Below, in pieces: positions 8,039 to 17,392 of a stretch of 40,000 bases of DNA. The stretch lies in sequence record MW067003.1, one strand, 5' to 3'. This DNA comes from CrAssphage sp. C0531BW4. Below the pieces are notes generated by a model that was given only the letters and a program-made list of their open reading frames with translations, searched no databases and was not told where the DNA came from. The position numbers were made by a program, and so were the translations under genes. The first letter of the stretch is position 1; each line of letters begins with the position of its first letter.

Positions 8039-8614
8039 TTAGTTATTCATGTGGAAATATTCCCATACTTTATCACCATCAAAATCTACATCTTTAAACC
8101 AAAATGTAATAGCACTTTCAAACACTTTATTATCTATATTACCACCAAACCATTCTTCAAATAGTTTAGCATAATCATGATATTGAGCATTAATTGCAAC
8201 ATAAACATCGCAAGGTTCAACATCATTAGGTAATACTTCTTTATAGCGTTCACAAATTTCATGAGCTTTATTCATATCATATTTTTCACCAATATATTTC
8301 TTATTGTCTTTAACATGATACATTTGTTCTACAACTTCTTTAGCTTCATACTCATTAAAATGATAGCCATCGTCATTATATCCACCGCTCATAAGCATAG
8401 TTAAAATCTTTTCTTCTCGGTCATTTTTATTAGTAGAGCGACCATAAGTATCGTAAGTATCATAACCAATACGATTTCTCATACCACCTCTACCACCACG
8501 ACCGCCTCGTCCTCCACGTGCATCAAGAAATTCACGAAATTCATCAAGAATATTTTGATTACCGCCACGACGATTACCAACATGGTAAGGTTGAATGTAA
8601 GGCATTTCTCTCAT
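8039..8614 (-). CDS. Structural-module protein with internal RGG tract
   Basis: 191 aa containing DARGGRGGRGGRGGMRNR; position in structural module. Confidence 0.65.
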   Translation of the reverse strand: MREMPYIQPYHVGNRRGGNQNILDEFREFLDARGGRGGRGGRGGMRNRIGYDTYDTYGRSTNKNDREEKILTMLMSGGYNDDGYHFNEYEAKEVVEQMYHVKDNKKYIGEKYDMNKAHEICERYKEVLPNDVEPCDVYVAINAQYHDYAKLFEEWFGGNIDNKVFESAITFWFKDVDFDGDKVWEYFHMNN

Positions 8615-8618
8615 AATA

Positions 8619-9005
8619 TTACTTTGTTTTTAAACTGATTAATGATTCTTTTAAAACTTCTAAATCAGTTTGATTAAGAGCAACAATTTTATTCACATAA
8701 GGAACTTCAAGAGATATAATACCTTTAGAAATATTACCGCCACCAATAAAAGGTATATCAAAATTAAAATTATCAATATTATTAATAACTTCCATTTCTT
8801 CATCAAATATACCTTCAATATCAATCATACCATCTTTATCTGCAATGGGCTTCAAGAACTTATCAAAACTATTAATATTATTAGTAATCGCTCTTTTAGC
8901 CAAAGGAATTAAAAGTCTTATAGCTGGAGAACTTTCACCCATAGATACTAATTGTTTAATAATATAATCTTTAATAACCTCTTTAACATTACCAATTTCA
9001 ACCAT
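8619..9005 (-). CDS. Hypothetical protein
   Basis: 128-aa ORF, packed in operon. Confidence 0.6.
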   Translation of the reverse strand: MVEIGNVKEVIKDYIIKQLVSMGESSPAIRLLIPLAKRAITNNINSFDKFLKPIADKDGMIDIEGIFDEEMEVINNIDNFNFDIPFIGGGNISKGIISLEVPYVNKIVALNQTDLEVLKESLISLKTK

Positions 9006-9009
9006 AATA

Positions 9010-9525
9010 TTACTTCTTTAAAAATTCTTCATAAGTTAAATTAGGATTAGTTTTACTAGCTTCTTTAAAAGCTTTAAACAATTCCATCTCTTTGTTAGTA
9101 ACTTCAACAATTTTACTTTTAAGTAACTTAACAAGTTTAAGTTGTTCTTCAAGTAAATGTTTGCCATCAGCACTAGCTTCGATTTTTCCTCTAACTAAAT
9201 TAAGAACTTCTGCTTGAACCATACTTTGTAAAGCATTATAATTATTTACATAGTCTTGGTTACTAAGAAGCATATTTTGTTGTTCTTGTGTAAGTGGTGC
9301 AATTTCAGCATCAATAGCATCCCAAATTCCTTGAGTTGGAACTTGCTGATTTTGAGTTGTACCATTATTTGCATTAGGAATAGCATTACGACGATAAGCT
9401 TCATTAATTGCTTGTTTTTGACTTTGAAGAAAAGCAATTTGTTCATCAATGCTATTAGTCATTTTTTCACCAGGGTATAGTAAAGGGTCACTACCACCTA
9501 GTATAAATTGATTAACAGGTATCAT
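9010..9525 (-). CDS. Hypothetical Q/N-rich structural-module protein
   Basis: 171-aa ORF, packed in operon. Confidence 0.6.
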   Translation of the reverse strand: MIPVNQFILGGSDPLLYPGEKMTNSIDEQIAFLQSQKQAINEAYRRNAIPNANNGTTQNQQVPTQGIWDAIDAEIAPLTQEQQNMLLSNQDYVNNYNALQSMVQAEVLNLVRGKIEASADGKHLLEEQLKLVKLLKSKIVEVTNKEMELFKAFKEASKTNPNLTYEEFLKK

Positions 9526-9565
9526 ATCTCTTTCAATTTAATGTTCTTAATCAAACTTAGTAATA

Positions 9566-10336
9566 TTACTGAGCCGGAGTTCCGCTAGCAGGTTGAGTAA
9601 AACCACATGGCAAACATCCATAAGCATTACGCCCAACTAGACCTGTAACAGTAGGTTCATTTGGAAGAGTAACTACACCATAGATAACATTACAAGTCTT
9701 TCTATCAGTATAGTTGATACCAGCCGTAAACATCTTTTCCATTTCGCATTGGATAAGTTTATCTTGATAAGGACGAATAGCTTTAGTAACAGCCAATTCA
9801 GCTTTCAAATCAGATAACTCTTTACGGATATCATCATCAGCATCACGAGTATATTTGTAAAGATTAAAATGGTCAGTGTTATTTTTCTCAATAAGAGCAT
9901 CAGTACGATTACGCCCATCAATGTAAACACCAAACAATTCACTATTCAATCGTTCTCTATCTTCAAAACGTTGATTCTGTTGAGTCAAAGCCCATTGATA
10001 AAGACCACCTTGAAGAGCTAAAGTATCTTCACAAGATTTTTCCCATGCTTGAAAAGCAGTAGGAGCACCGCTTCCACTACCAGCAGTAGCACCAAGTACG
10101 TTAATATTAGTAGAGCCATCACCTAACATTCCACCACCAGCACCACCTAAAATACTAGCAGGAGTAGAACGTCTGTTACCAAACAAAGCCAAACCGCCAA
10201 GTGCAGTACCGATAATACCAAGGGTTAAACCTGCATTAGCTTTACCGTTTACATCACGACGATTACCACCGTCATAATTCATTCCAGCACCATTGTAACC
10301 CTCTGGAACAACTTTCACTTTTTCAATTACTTGCAT
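9566..10336 (-). CDS. Conserved phage virion-region protein with Gly-rich hydrophobic N-terminal segment
   Basis: 256 aa, GKANAGLTLGIIGTALGGLALFG...ASILGGAGGGMLG. Confidence 0.65.
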   Translation of the reverse strand: MQVIEKVKVVPEGYNGAGMNYDGGNRRDVNGKANAGLTLGIIGTALGGLALFGNRRSTPASILGGAGGGMLGDGSTNINVLGATAGSGSGAPTAFQAWEKSCEDTLALQGGLYQWALTQQNQRFEDRERLNSELFGVYIDGRNRTDALIEKNNTDHFNLYKYTRDADDDIRKELSDLKAELAVTKAIRPYQDKLIQCEMEKMFTAGINYTDRKTCNVIYGVVTLPNEPTVTGLVGRNAYGCLPCGFTQPASGTPAQ

Positions 10337-10361
10337 AATAAATTAAGGTTTAAGTTAAAAA

Positions 10362-10400
10362 AATAGATTAATACTTGTAGTTTGAACTACATAATCTATA
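10362..10400 (-). terminator. Rho-independent terminator downstream of the 10441..11544 gene
   Basis: Minus strand ATAGATTA-TGTAGTT-CA-AACTACA-agtat-TAATCTAT then T7; 15 paired bases with one 5-nt bulge. Confidence 0.75.
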
Positions 10401-10440
10401 GCGCTTAAACCGTTATCTTTGTTTGGTAATTAACATTATT

Positions 10441-11544
10441 TTAACTTTCAATAGGACTATATATTGTCAACTCGCCAATTTTATTAAGTTTAGTATATTT
10501 TATTTCACCTATCGAAGTCTTACCATCATCAGCTTTACCACTTTGTGTGCCAACATAACATTGAATAGTTTGTTGTCCTCTAAATTCAGAATTACCTGCA
10601 ACAAAACCAAATCTAAATTTATAGTTATCAGTGTAATTATCGTTATAAACAGTGTTATCTTCATTTAACAAAACTGTATGATATTCATAACTATAATTAT
10701 CATCACTAGTTATATTAAGAGTTGGCTTATCAAGAGTTAAAGGAGTACCAGTTGTATTGACTTGATTATTCCAAACTTTATATTTATCATTAGGTTTATT
10801 TTCATACCAACAATAACCATTGCCATGAACAAGTCCACCACCATGACGAATTATTTTAATATCATCTAAACCAATAACTTTATCATTAACAGGATTAACT
10901 CTAAAGTACTTTACTTCATTATTAGATTTAGCAACTCTTTTAATAACTTCACCATACCAACATTCTTTATAGCCACCATGCCCATCAGGCATATTAATAG
11001 TTCCATCAGCCAAAGGAAAAATAAACATTCCTCTATTATCAACATCAATTTCATTATTCTTTAATTGCCAAGCATGAACAATAACTCCACCTTTATAAGC
11101 AGTACATTCAACAGTAACATGACCTCTTCTCAAACTTCCAAACCAATTAGCACAAAGATTCATCTTCATTATATTAGGCATTTTGTCTTCAAGGTCAATC
11201 ATAGATTCAATATTAAACATAACACATTCAGCACCTGAGTCAGTATTATCGCCGCCCCAATATAGATAAGGAATTTGACTTAAATTCCAAGACCAACCAA
11301 CAGCTATATAATTTAAACTATTAATAGGAGAATTAACATAATATGATTTAGTATCCAAATCTCGTCCATCATCACTACCCCAAATATATCTAAGTTGGAC
11401 ACTAGTAAAATCACTAAAATGAATAACAGAAGTAGGCCAAATATGATTAGCACCATCATAAACATGAGCAATATTAGTTTGACCTACTGTTCGTTTCTTA
11501 AGAGGTTTAGCAATTCCTCCTTGACGTCCAAGAGTTAAACTCAT
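10441..11544 (-). CDS. Hypothetical structural/tail protein
   Basis: 367-aa ORF beginning MSLTLGRQGGIAKPLKKRTVGQTNIAHVYDGANHIWPTSV. Confidence 0.65.
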   Translation of the reverse strand: MSLTLGRQGGIAKPLKKRTVGQTNIAHVYDGANHIWPTSVIHFSDFTSVQLRYIWGSDDGRDLDTKSYYVNSPINSLNYIAVGWSWNLSQIPYLYWGGDNTDSGAECVMFNIESMIDLEDKMPNIMKMNLCANWFGSLRRGHVTVECTAYKGGVIVHAWQLKNNEIDVDNRGMFIFPLADGTINMPDGHGGYKECWYGEVIKRVAKSNNEVKYFRVNPVNDKVIGLDDIKIIRHGGGLVHGNGYCWYENKPNDKYKVWNNQVNTTGTPLTLDKPTLNITSDDNYSYEYHTVLLNEDNTVYNDNYTDNYKFRFGFVAGNSEFRGQQTIQCYVGTQSGKADDGKTSIGEIKYTKLNKIGELTIYSPIES

Positions 11545-13220
11545 TATTCATCAATAATATTATAAGTCATTCCAGCAACCGGGGTAATAGTTGCATATTG
11601 GGTGGCAGTTCCTGTCCAAATTGGAAGACTAAGTTTATTACTATTTGCACTAGGCATAGTCATGTTAACTCCACATCCATCATTAATAGCTTTTTGAATC
11701 TTATCAAGATTAACACTATTAGTAATAGTTCGATTTATTTCTTCTTTAAAGTTATTGAATGTATCATTAGTAACATATCTATTAAGTAAATTATTAACTT
11801 CTTCTTTATTATAAGTTTCAGATTTAGTATAATAATTTTTAAACATATTATTAATTTCTTCTTTAGTATAACTTTCCATAGAAGAAGTATCACCCATTAC
11901 TCTCCATTCAGTACCATTCCAATAACAAATCTTTCCATTACGATATTCAATCTGACCTTTAGCCCAATTATTACAAGTTACATTAGGAAGATATTCAGAC
12001 TCTTCACCAACCATACCTGTAAGTTTACATTTATTTAAATTAATAGTACCATTCTCAATAATACCACCTTCAAATACAAGTTCACAACCAACAGGCATTG
12101 TAATAGTTTTACCACTTAAATCAAAAGCATAACGAATAATATAACGAGTATTTTCTTCGTTAACCATATCTTGAGTAAGAACAGCTTTATAATTAAGATA
12201 AATATTATTCTTAACTTGAACTAGATTTTCTTCATTAAAATAATATTTAATATTATCTACTGAATTAACATATATAATACCAAGTCTTGGACGTTCATCA
12301 GAAAGACAAGTATTATAAATATTATAATCTTCACTATTTCCATAGGCAACAGCATGTCGAGGTTGAACTCTATCAGTAGGTTCTACAATAGTCCATCTAG
12401 TATAATAATTATAAAATCCAATTCCATCATTAATAGTCTTAACTCTAAGAACAAATAATTTATGATAAGTATCATAATAAATACCAGCAGTATTACCTAA
12501 ATCTGTTCTAATAACTTCATATTTATCAGTATTAAGAATTATTTGACCATATTGTTCACAATAAGTATCATCAAGAAAACCATCAAATAAAAGCTGTTCT
12601 GCATTACTAGCATCATCCTCCACGGGGAGTAAGACCTTGCGAATTATTTTATATCCTTTACCACTTTTATATTCAGGTTCATAAGGTCTATCTTTAAGAC
12701 TAAGACGATTAACATTACAACAACCCGGACTTAATCTTATAGTAATATCTTCTTCATCGGGATAATTAATAATATTAACTTTACCATCTCCTGCAATCAT
12801 TTGTTTAAGAGCTTCATTAAGCATATCCCAATCAATAGTACCATCAGCAATAGGAATTTTAGCTCCACTTTCTTCAAGATATTTCTCACTAAGAATTTTT
12901 GTCCAATTATCATCAGAAACCCAACTAGTTTCAACACCAGCTTGAAGATTACTACCTATATAACTTTCAGTTATAGATACATTATGTTCAGCATCATAAT
13001 AACTAATAGTAAGACTATTACGTCTAAAAATAGCAGGAACAGCTTTACGAGTATTAACTCTAGTTCCTTGATATGGAATCCATAAATGATTAAACCTAGA
13101 AAGAACAACAGTTAAATCATTATTTGTATCTTTGTCAAGAATATTTTGAAGATAAGTAATAGGAAATACTTCATCATAACTATTCTGACCTAGTTTTTCA
13201 TATAATTGTTTATTGTTCAT
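11544..13220 (-). CDS. Tail fibre/adhesin-like protein
   Basis: 558 aa; domain shared with the 19489..22095 product; YYTKSETYNKEEVNNLLNRY coiled-coil; C-term LPIWTGTATQYATITPVAGMTYNIIDE. Confidence 0.7.
   Translation of the reverse strand: MNNKQLYEKLGQNSYDEVFPITYLQNILDKDTNNDLTVVLSRFNHLWIPYQGTRVNTRKAVPAIFRRNSLTISYYDAEHNVSITESYIGSNLQAGVETSWVSDDNWTKILSEKYLEESGAKIPIADGTIDWDMLNEALKQMIAGDGKVNIINYPDEEDITIRLSPGCCNVNRLSLKDRPYEPEYKSGKGYKIIRKVLLPVEDDASNAEQLLFDGFLDDTYCEQYGQIILNTDKYEVIRTDLGNTAGIYYDTYHKLFVLRVKTINDGIGFYNYYTRWTIVEPTDRVQPRHAVAYGNSEDYNIYNTCLSDERPRLGIIYVNSVDNIKYYFNEENLVQVKNNIYLNYKAVLTQDMVNEENTRYIIRYAFDLSGKTITMPVGCELVFEGGIIENGTINLNKCKLTGMVGEESEYLPNVTCNNWAKGQIEYRNGKICYWNGTEWRVMGDTSSMESYTKEEINNMFKNYYTKSETYNKEEVNNLLNRYVTNDTFNNFKEEINRTITNSVNLDKIQKAINDGCGVNMTMPSANSNKLSLPIWTGTATQYATITPVAGMTYNIIDE
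12614..12630 (-). repeat. Interspersed motif copy 4
   Basis: actccccgtggaggatg (minus). Confidence 0.9.
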
Positions 13221-13305
13221 AATTATGTGATTAATTTAAATAACTTTAATAAGTAAATAAACAATATAAACATTAGTAATATTGTTATATTAAATAGTAT
13301 TTTCA

Positions 13306-16300
13306 TCATGGTTCAATTAAAACTCTTACATTAAATACTGTACTATTAGAAATCATAGTAAATTGGCATAATATAGTAAATGAAGAAGTAGTTGTATTAG
13401 CAGTAACACTAATAATATTATTATTATTAGATACAGAAACATTATTTGAAGGTGTACTAACACTACTTAAAGTACAAGTATATTTACTGCCACCACCATC
13501 TTTATTTTCAAACCAAAATTGCAATTTACCAGCGTTCATTATAGAAATATTAGTAGGAATATATACATAAACACTAATAGGAGTTTTCTTAATATCATTA
13601 TAACTTGCTTCCCCTTTATATATTGAATCTACATTTTCACTATCTAAATAAATAGGTAATGCAATATTTTGACTAGTAAAATAATCATTTTTAATAATAA
13701 GTCTACCACGCATGGGATTTGCTCTTTGTGTTCCTTTTGTAATAATATTATGATTTAACCAATTCCATTCAATTTTATATTCTCTTGCTGTATCAGAATT
13801 ATTTGCAGAAAGTTTAAATGTTATTATAATCATGCTAGCATAATTAAAAGCATTTGCAACAGATACATCACAATTAACTTTATTTGTTACATTTACATCA
13901 TCCGGATTATAATATACAGTTTCAGTTCCGCCTGAACCAGCAACACCATTCCAAGTCCAAAGTTGAGTTGTATATAACCTATAATAAACACTTATAGATA
14001 TAGTATTAGCATCAGCAACTGTATCAATTTCATTAGTATAAGGATAACCTGTAAAATCTAATCCACTTCCATCAGGATTAGTACCATAATATTTAGTATG
14101 ATATACTTTAGCACCATAAGACTTAGCACCAGCAGACTGTGTAATAGTAATATCTTTAGTTGCACTATCAATAGTTGCTCTAAATACAGAACTACGGGAA
14201 CTAGTAGAAGTATTATTACCATAACTAACAGTAGAACCACTTAAAGAAGCTGCACCATTAACTTTACTTAATGTAGGAGAACCACTAGCATTTTCAGTAT
14301 AAGTTGCTCCTGTACCATTCCATTGCCAAGTACGACTTCTAGTAGCAGAAGTAGATAATGTAGCATTTCCACCAGCAGCAGCAATAGTTGTTACATTAGC
14401 ACTTAAACTAATAGACCATGCTCCCCAACTACTATAAGTTTTAGAACCAGCATTTTGAGTTACAGTAGTATCTTTAGTTACAGTATCCATTGTAGCTCTA
14501 ATAACTGTACTTCTAGCACTTGTAGAAGTATTATTATCATAAGTTACTTTATTACTAGCAAAAGAACCAGCACCACTAACTTTACTAAGAGTAGGTGTTC
14601 CAGTTCCTGTTTCAGTTCCGCCACTTCCATTAACTCCGTTCCATGTCCAAGTTCTTGTTCTACTTGCAGAAGTAGTTATATTTGAACTACCTCCACTAGG
14701 AGCAACATTTCCACTATTAGAAATATTAACTGTCCATGCAGACCAAGCACTATATTGTTTAGCCCCAGCAGATTGACTAATAGTTATATCTTTAGTAGTT
14801 GAATCAATAGTAGCACGAATAACAGTTGATTTACCACTTGTACTAGTATTATTTCCATAAGTAACTTTAGGACTAATCCAATTACCTGTACCACTAACTT
14901 TACTTAATGTAGGACTTCCATTTTCAGTTTCTGTACCACCAGAACCGACAACACCATTCCATGTATAACTTCTAGTTCTACTAGCACTAGTTGATATAGT
15001 AGCTGTTCCACCTGTTGCTCCAATACTAGTTTTATCAGCACTAATATTAACAGTCCAACTAGACCAATTACCATAAACTTTAGCACCAGCAGATTGTGTT
15101 ATAGTAATAGATTTAGAAATACTATTGCTAGTAGCAGTAATAGTTATACTACGACTATTTGTTGTAGTATTGTTACTAGCAGTAACAGTTTTACCACTTA
15201 AAGTAAATCCACCAGCACTACCACTAAGTGTAGGTGTAGCAGTTTCTGTATCAGTATGTGTAGTACCAACTCCATTCCAAGTCCAAGTACGAGAACGACT
15301 AGCACTAGTAGTTATCATAGATGAACCACCACTTGCAGCTATCGTTTGCGTGCTTGCCGAGATAGAAACAGTCCAAGCAGACCACGCTGAATACACTTTT
15401 GCTCCTGCCTGCTGCGTTATCGTAACCGTTTTGGACAATCCTACATAACTAGCTGTAAGTGTCGCTGAACGGGCTGAAACGCTTTCGTTTGATGTAAATT
15501 TTATTTGATTTCCACTAAGACTAGCACTACCACTAATACTAAGAGTAGGAGTAGCAGTTTCACTATAAACAGTACCAGTGTTATTCCATTTATAAGTTCT
15601 ACGAGCAATATTAGCTGTAACTGTTCTAGTACCACCTTTAGCTTCAACACTAGTTCCATCAGTTTGTAAATCTAGTACCCAATCGGTATAAACTTTAGCA
15701 CCAGCAGCTTGATTTAAAGCAGCACTAACTTCTTTAGTTTGTTTATTTTCTAAAGTAAATATAACAGTTAAAGTTCCACTTTTAGCATTAGTAGATTCAT
15801 TATTAGGTATAGTTAATACATTATTACTTATACTACCTAAAGTAGTAGAACTAGTAAAGCTAGCAATAAGATTAACAACAGTTTCAATCCAAGTTCCAGC
15901 ATAAGTAGAACCCTTGGTTATACTCCCCGTGGAGGGTGCATAGTCAGTTCTTTTATATCCATTCTTAACAGAACTAGTAGGAAGTTTTAAATCATAACTT
16001 CCACCTGTATTTGCAATAGCACTATCAACTACTGTTAATGTACTAGTATCATATATACTAGCTTTACTACCTTTAAACGTAACAGTATAACTATCTTTAG
16101 CTTCTGTATCATCAATTAATACAACTAACTTACCATTAGTTATAACTCCTTTTTCTATTCCATCAAATAAAACTTTAACTCCATCAGTAGGAAAAGTAAC
16201 AGTATAAGAAATAAATCTTTGTTCCCATTCTAATTCTACATTATGAGTTATAGGTAAATAACCACTTTTACCACTAATAGTTTGAGATTTATAATGTTCA

Positions 16301-16542
16301 GCAGTAATATTAGCAGTATAATCAGTTTTAACAGGAATAGTAAATACAAATTTAGTATTATTTTCACTTATAACAGGAGTATAACCATTAATAGTAACAG
16401 TTCCGGAAACATTTAATTTAAACGTAATAGTAATTTCAGTATTCTCTGGATAAACAAGTTTAGAACCTTGATATATTTCAAATACATCTATACTACCAAG
16501 TTTAATATCATGTATTCCAATATCTCCTTGATATATAGCCAT
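13306..16542 (-). CDS. BACON-domain tandem-repeat virion/tail protein
   Basis: 1078 aa; repeated SAWTVNISxxxxxxxxxGGSSxITTSASRTRTWTWNGV...STxxxRSTVIRATxDSxTKDITITQSAGAK units, as in BACON-like domain proteins of crAss-like phages. Confidence 0.8.
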   Translation of the reverse strand: MAIYQGDIGIHDIKLGSIDVFEIYQGSKLVYPENTEITITFKLNVSGTVTINGYTPVISENNTKFVFTIPVKTDYTANITAEHYKSQTISGKSGYLPITHNVELEWEQRFISYTVTFPTDGVKVLFDGIEKGVITNGKLVVLIDDTEAKDSYTVTFKGSKASIYDTSTLTVVDSAIANTGGSYDLKLPTSSVKNGYKRTDYAPSTGSITKGSTYAGTWIETVVNLIASFTSSTTLGSISNNVLTIPNNESTNAKSGTLTVIFTLENKQTKEVSAALNQAAGAKVYTDWVLDLQTDGTSVEAKGGTRTVTANIARRTYKWNNTGTVYSETATPTLSISGSASLSGNQIKFTSNESVSARSATLTASYVGLSKTVTITQQAGAKVYSAWSAWTVSISASTQTIAASGGSSMITTSASRSRTWTWNGVGTTHTDTETATPTLSGSAGGFTLSGKTVTASNNTTTNSRSITITATSNSISKSITITQSAGAKVYGNWSSWTVNISADKTSIGATGGTATISTSASRTRSYTWNGVVGSGGTETENGSPTLSKVSGTGNWISPKVTYGNNTSTSGKSTVIRATIDSTTKDITISQSAGAKQYSAWSAWTVNISNSGNVAPSGGSSNITTSASRTRTWTWNGVNGSGGTETGTGTPTLSKVSGAGSFASNKVTYDNNTSTSARSTVIRATMDTVTKDTTVTQNAGSKTYSSWGAWSISLSANVTTIAAAGGNATLSTSATRSRTWQWNGTGATYTENASGSPTLSKVNGAASLSGSTVSYGNNTSTSSRSSVFRATIDSATKDITITQSAGAKSYGAKVYHTKYYGTNPDGSGLDFTGYPYTNEIDTVADANTISISVYYRLYTTQLWTWNGVAGSGGTETVYYNPDDVNVTNKVNCDVSVANAFNYASMIIITFKLSANNSDTAREYKIEWNWLNHNIITKGTQRANPMRGRLIIKNDYFTSQNIALPIYLDSENVDSIYKGEASYNDIKKTPISVYVYIPTNISIMNAGKLQFWFENKDGGGSKYTCTLSSVSTPSNNVSVSNNNNIISVTANTTTSSFTILCQFTMISNSTVFNVRVLIEP
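14100..15870 (-). repeat. Tandem BACON-like domain array (about six units, period about 105-107 aa)
   Basis: Unit-boundary sequence encoding QSAGAK recurs near 14131, 14446, 14763, 15085, 15404 and 15700. Confidence 0.8.
15921..15937 (+). repeat. Interspersed motif copy 5 (one variant base)
   Basis: tactccccgtggagggtg. Confidence 0.8.
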
Positions 16543-16545
16543 AAA

Positions 16546-17367
16546 TTAAGCTTCTGATTTAACTATATAAGTAGTATTGTTATCTTTTTGAGCAATAGCT
16601 GCATATTGAACAGCAGTACCAATCCATATTTTAGGATTAACTATTGGCTCAACAGTAAGAGCAGATAATCTATAAAGAGTTTGGTCAACTATTTGAATAG
16701 TATTATAAGTATAAGCTCCTGTGTTATTAATAGTAATATGTCCTATATATGTATCTGCATCCCATACTATTACAATTACACTACCACTAACTCTAACACT
16801 ATATTTTCCATTATCATCATAAAATATAGAATTAGGTTTATTAATGGCAGAAGTAAATCCATTAAAATTAGTAAATATAGAATTTATAGCAGTTAATACT
16901 TCTCCTTCAGTAGCACTATTAAGTATTTTAGTAATTATAGCTCCAATATTATAATTATTAACAAGAGAAAGACTACCTATAGCTACAAAAGTATTAATAC
17001 TTTTTGTTTCTTCACCACCAACTCTAGCTATACCTTTATCCCAACTTAAATCAATTTTATTAATTCCACCAGCAGAAAAATAAGTAATTGTAGCACTAAT
17101 ATCGTTACTGCCTACAACAATTCTATCAAAATTAACTCTACTATTATTATTATCAACAGCAATAATACTTCCACCTTTTAACAGTATTTCTTTTACTTCA
17201 TCAAAAGTTTTATCGCAAGTAAATTCTTTTTGTCCATTAGTATATACTCCAGTAGGAACAGTAACAACTACACCATAAACAGGAATAAATCCTTCAGGTG
17301 TACTTTTATTTTCATATAATTGTTGATTAATATCTTGCATAACTTTATAAACTTTAAATGGTGGCAC
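16546..17367 (-). CDS. Tail-associated protein with conserved C-terminal tag-like motif
   Basis: 273 aa ending KIWIGTAVQYAAIAQKDNNTTYIVKSEA. Confidence 0.65.
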   Translation of the reverse strand: MPPFKVYKVMQDINQQLYENKSTPEGFIPVYGVVVTVPTGVYTNGQKEFTCDKTFDEVKEILLKGGSIIAVDNNNSRVNFDRIVVGSNDISATITYFSAGGINKIDLSWDKGIARVGGEETKSINTFVAIGSLSLVNNYNIGAIITKILNSATEGEVLTAINSIFTNFNGFTSAINKPNSIFYDDNGKYSVRVSGSVIVIVWDADTYIGHITINNTGAYTYNTIQIVDQTLYRLSALTVEPIVNPKIWIGTAVQYAAIAQKDNNTTYIVKSEA

Positions 17368-17392
17368 TTATTCAGTACCACCATGATTAATA

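Noticed and set aside
14100-15870. DNA-level minisatellite unrelated to coding
   Set aside because: Repeat period and conservation follow the BACON-like protein domain with synonymous divergence, so it is explained by tandem domains.
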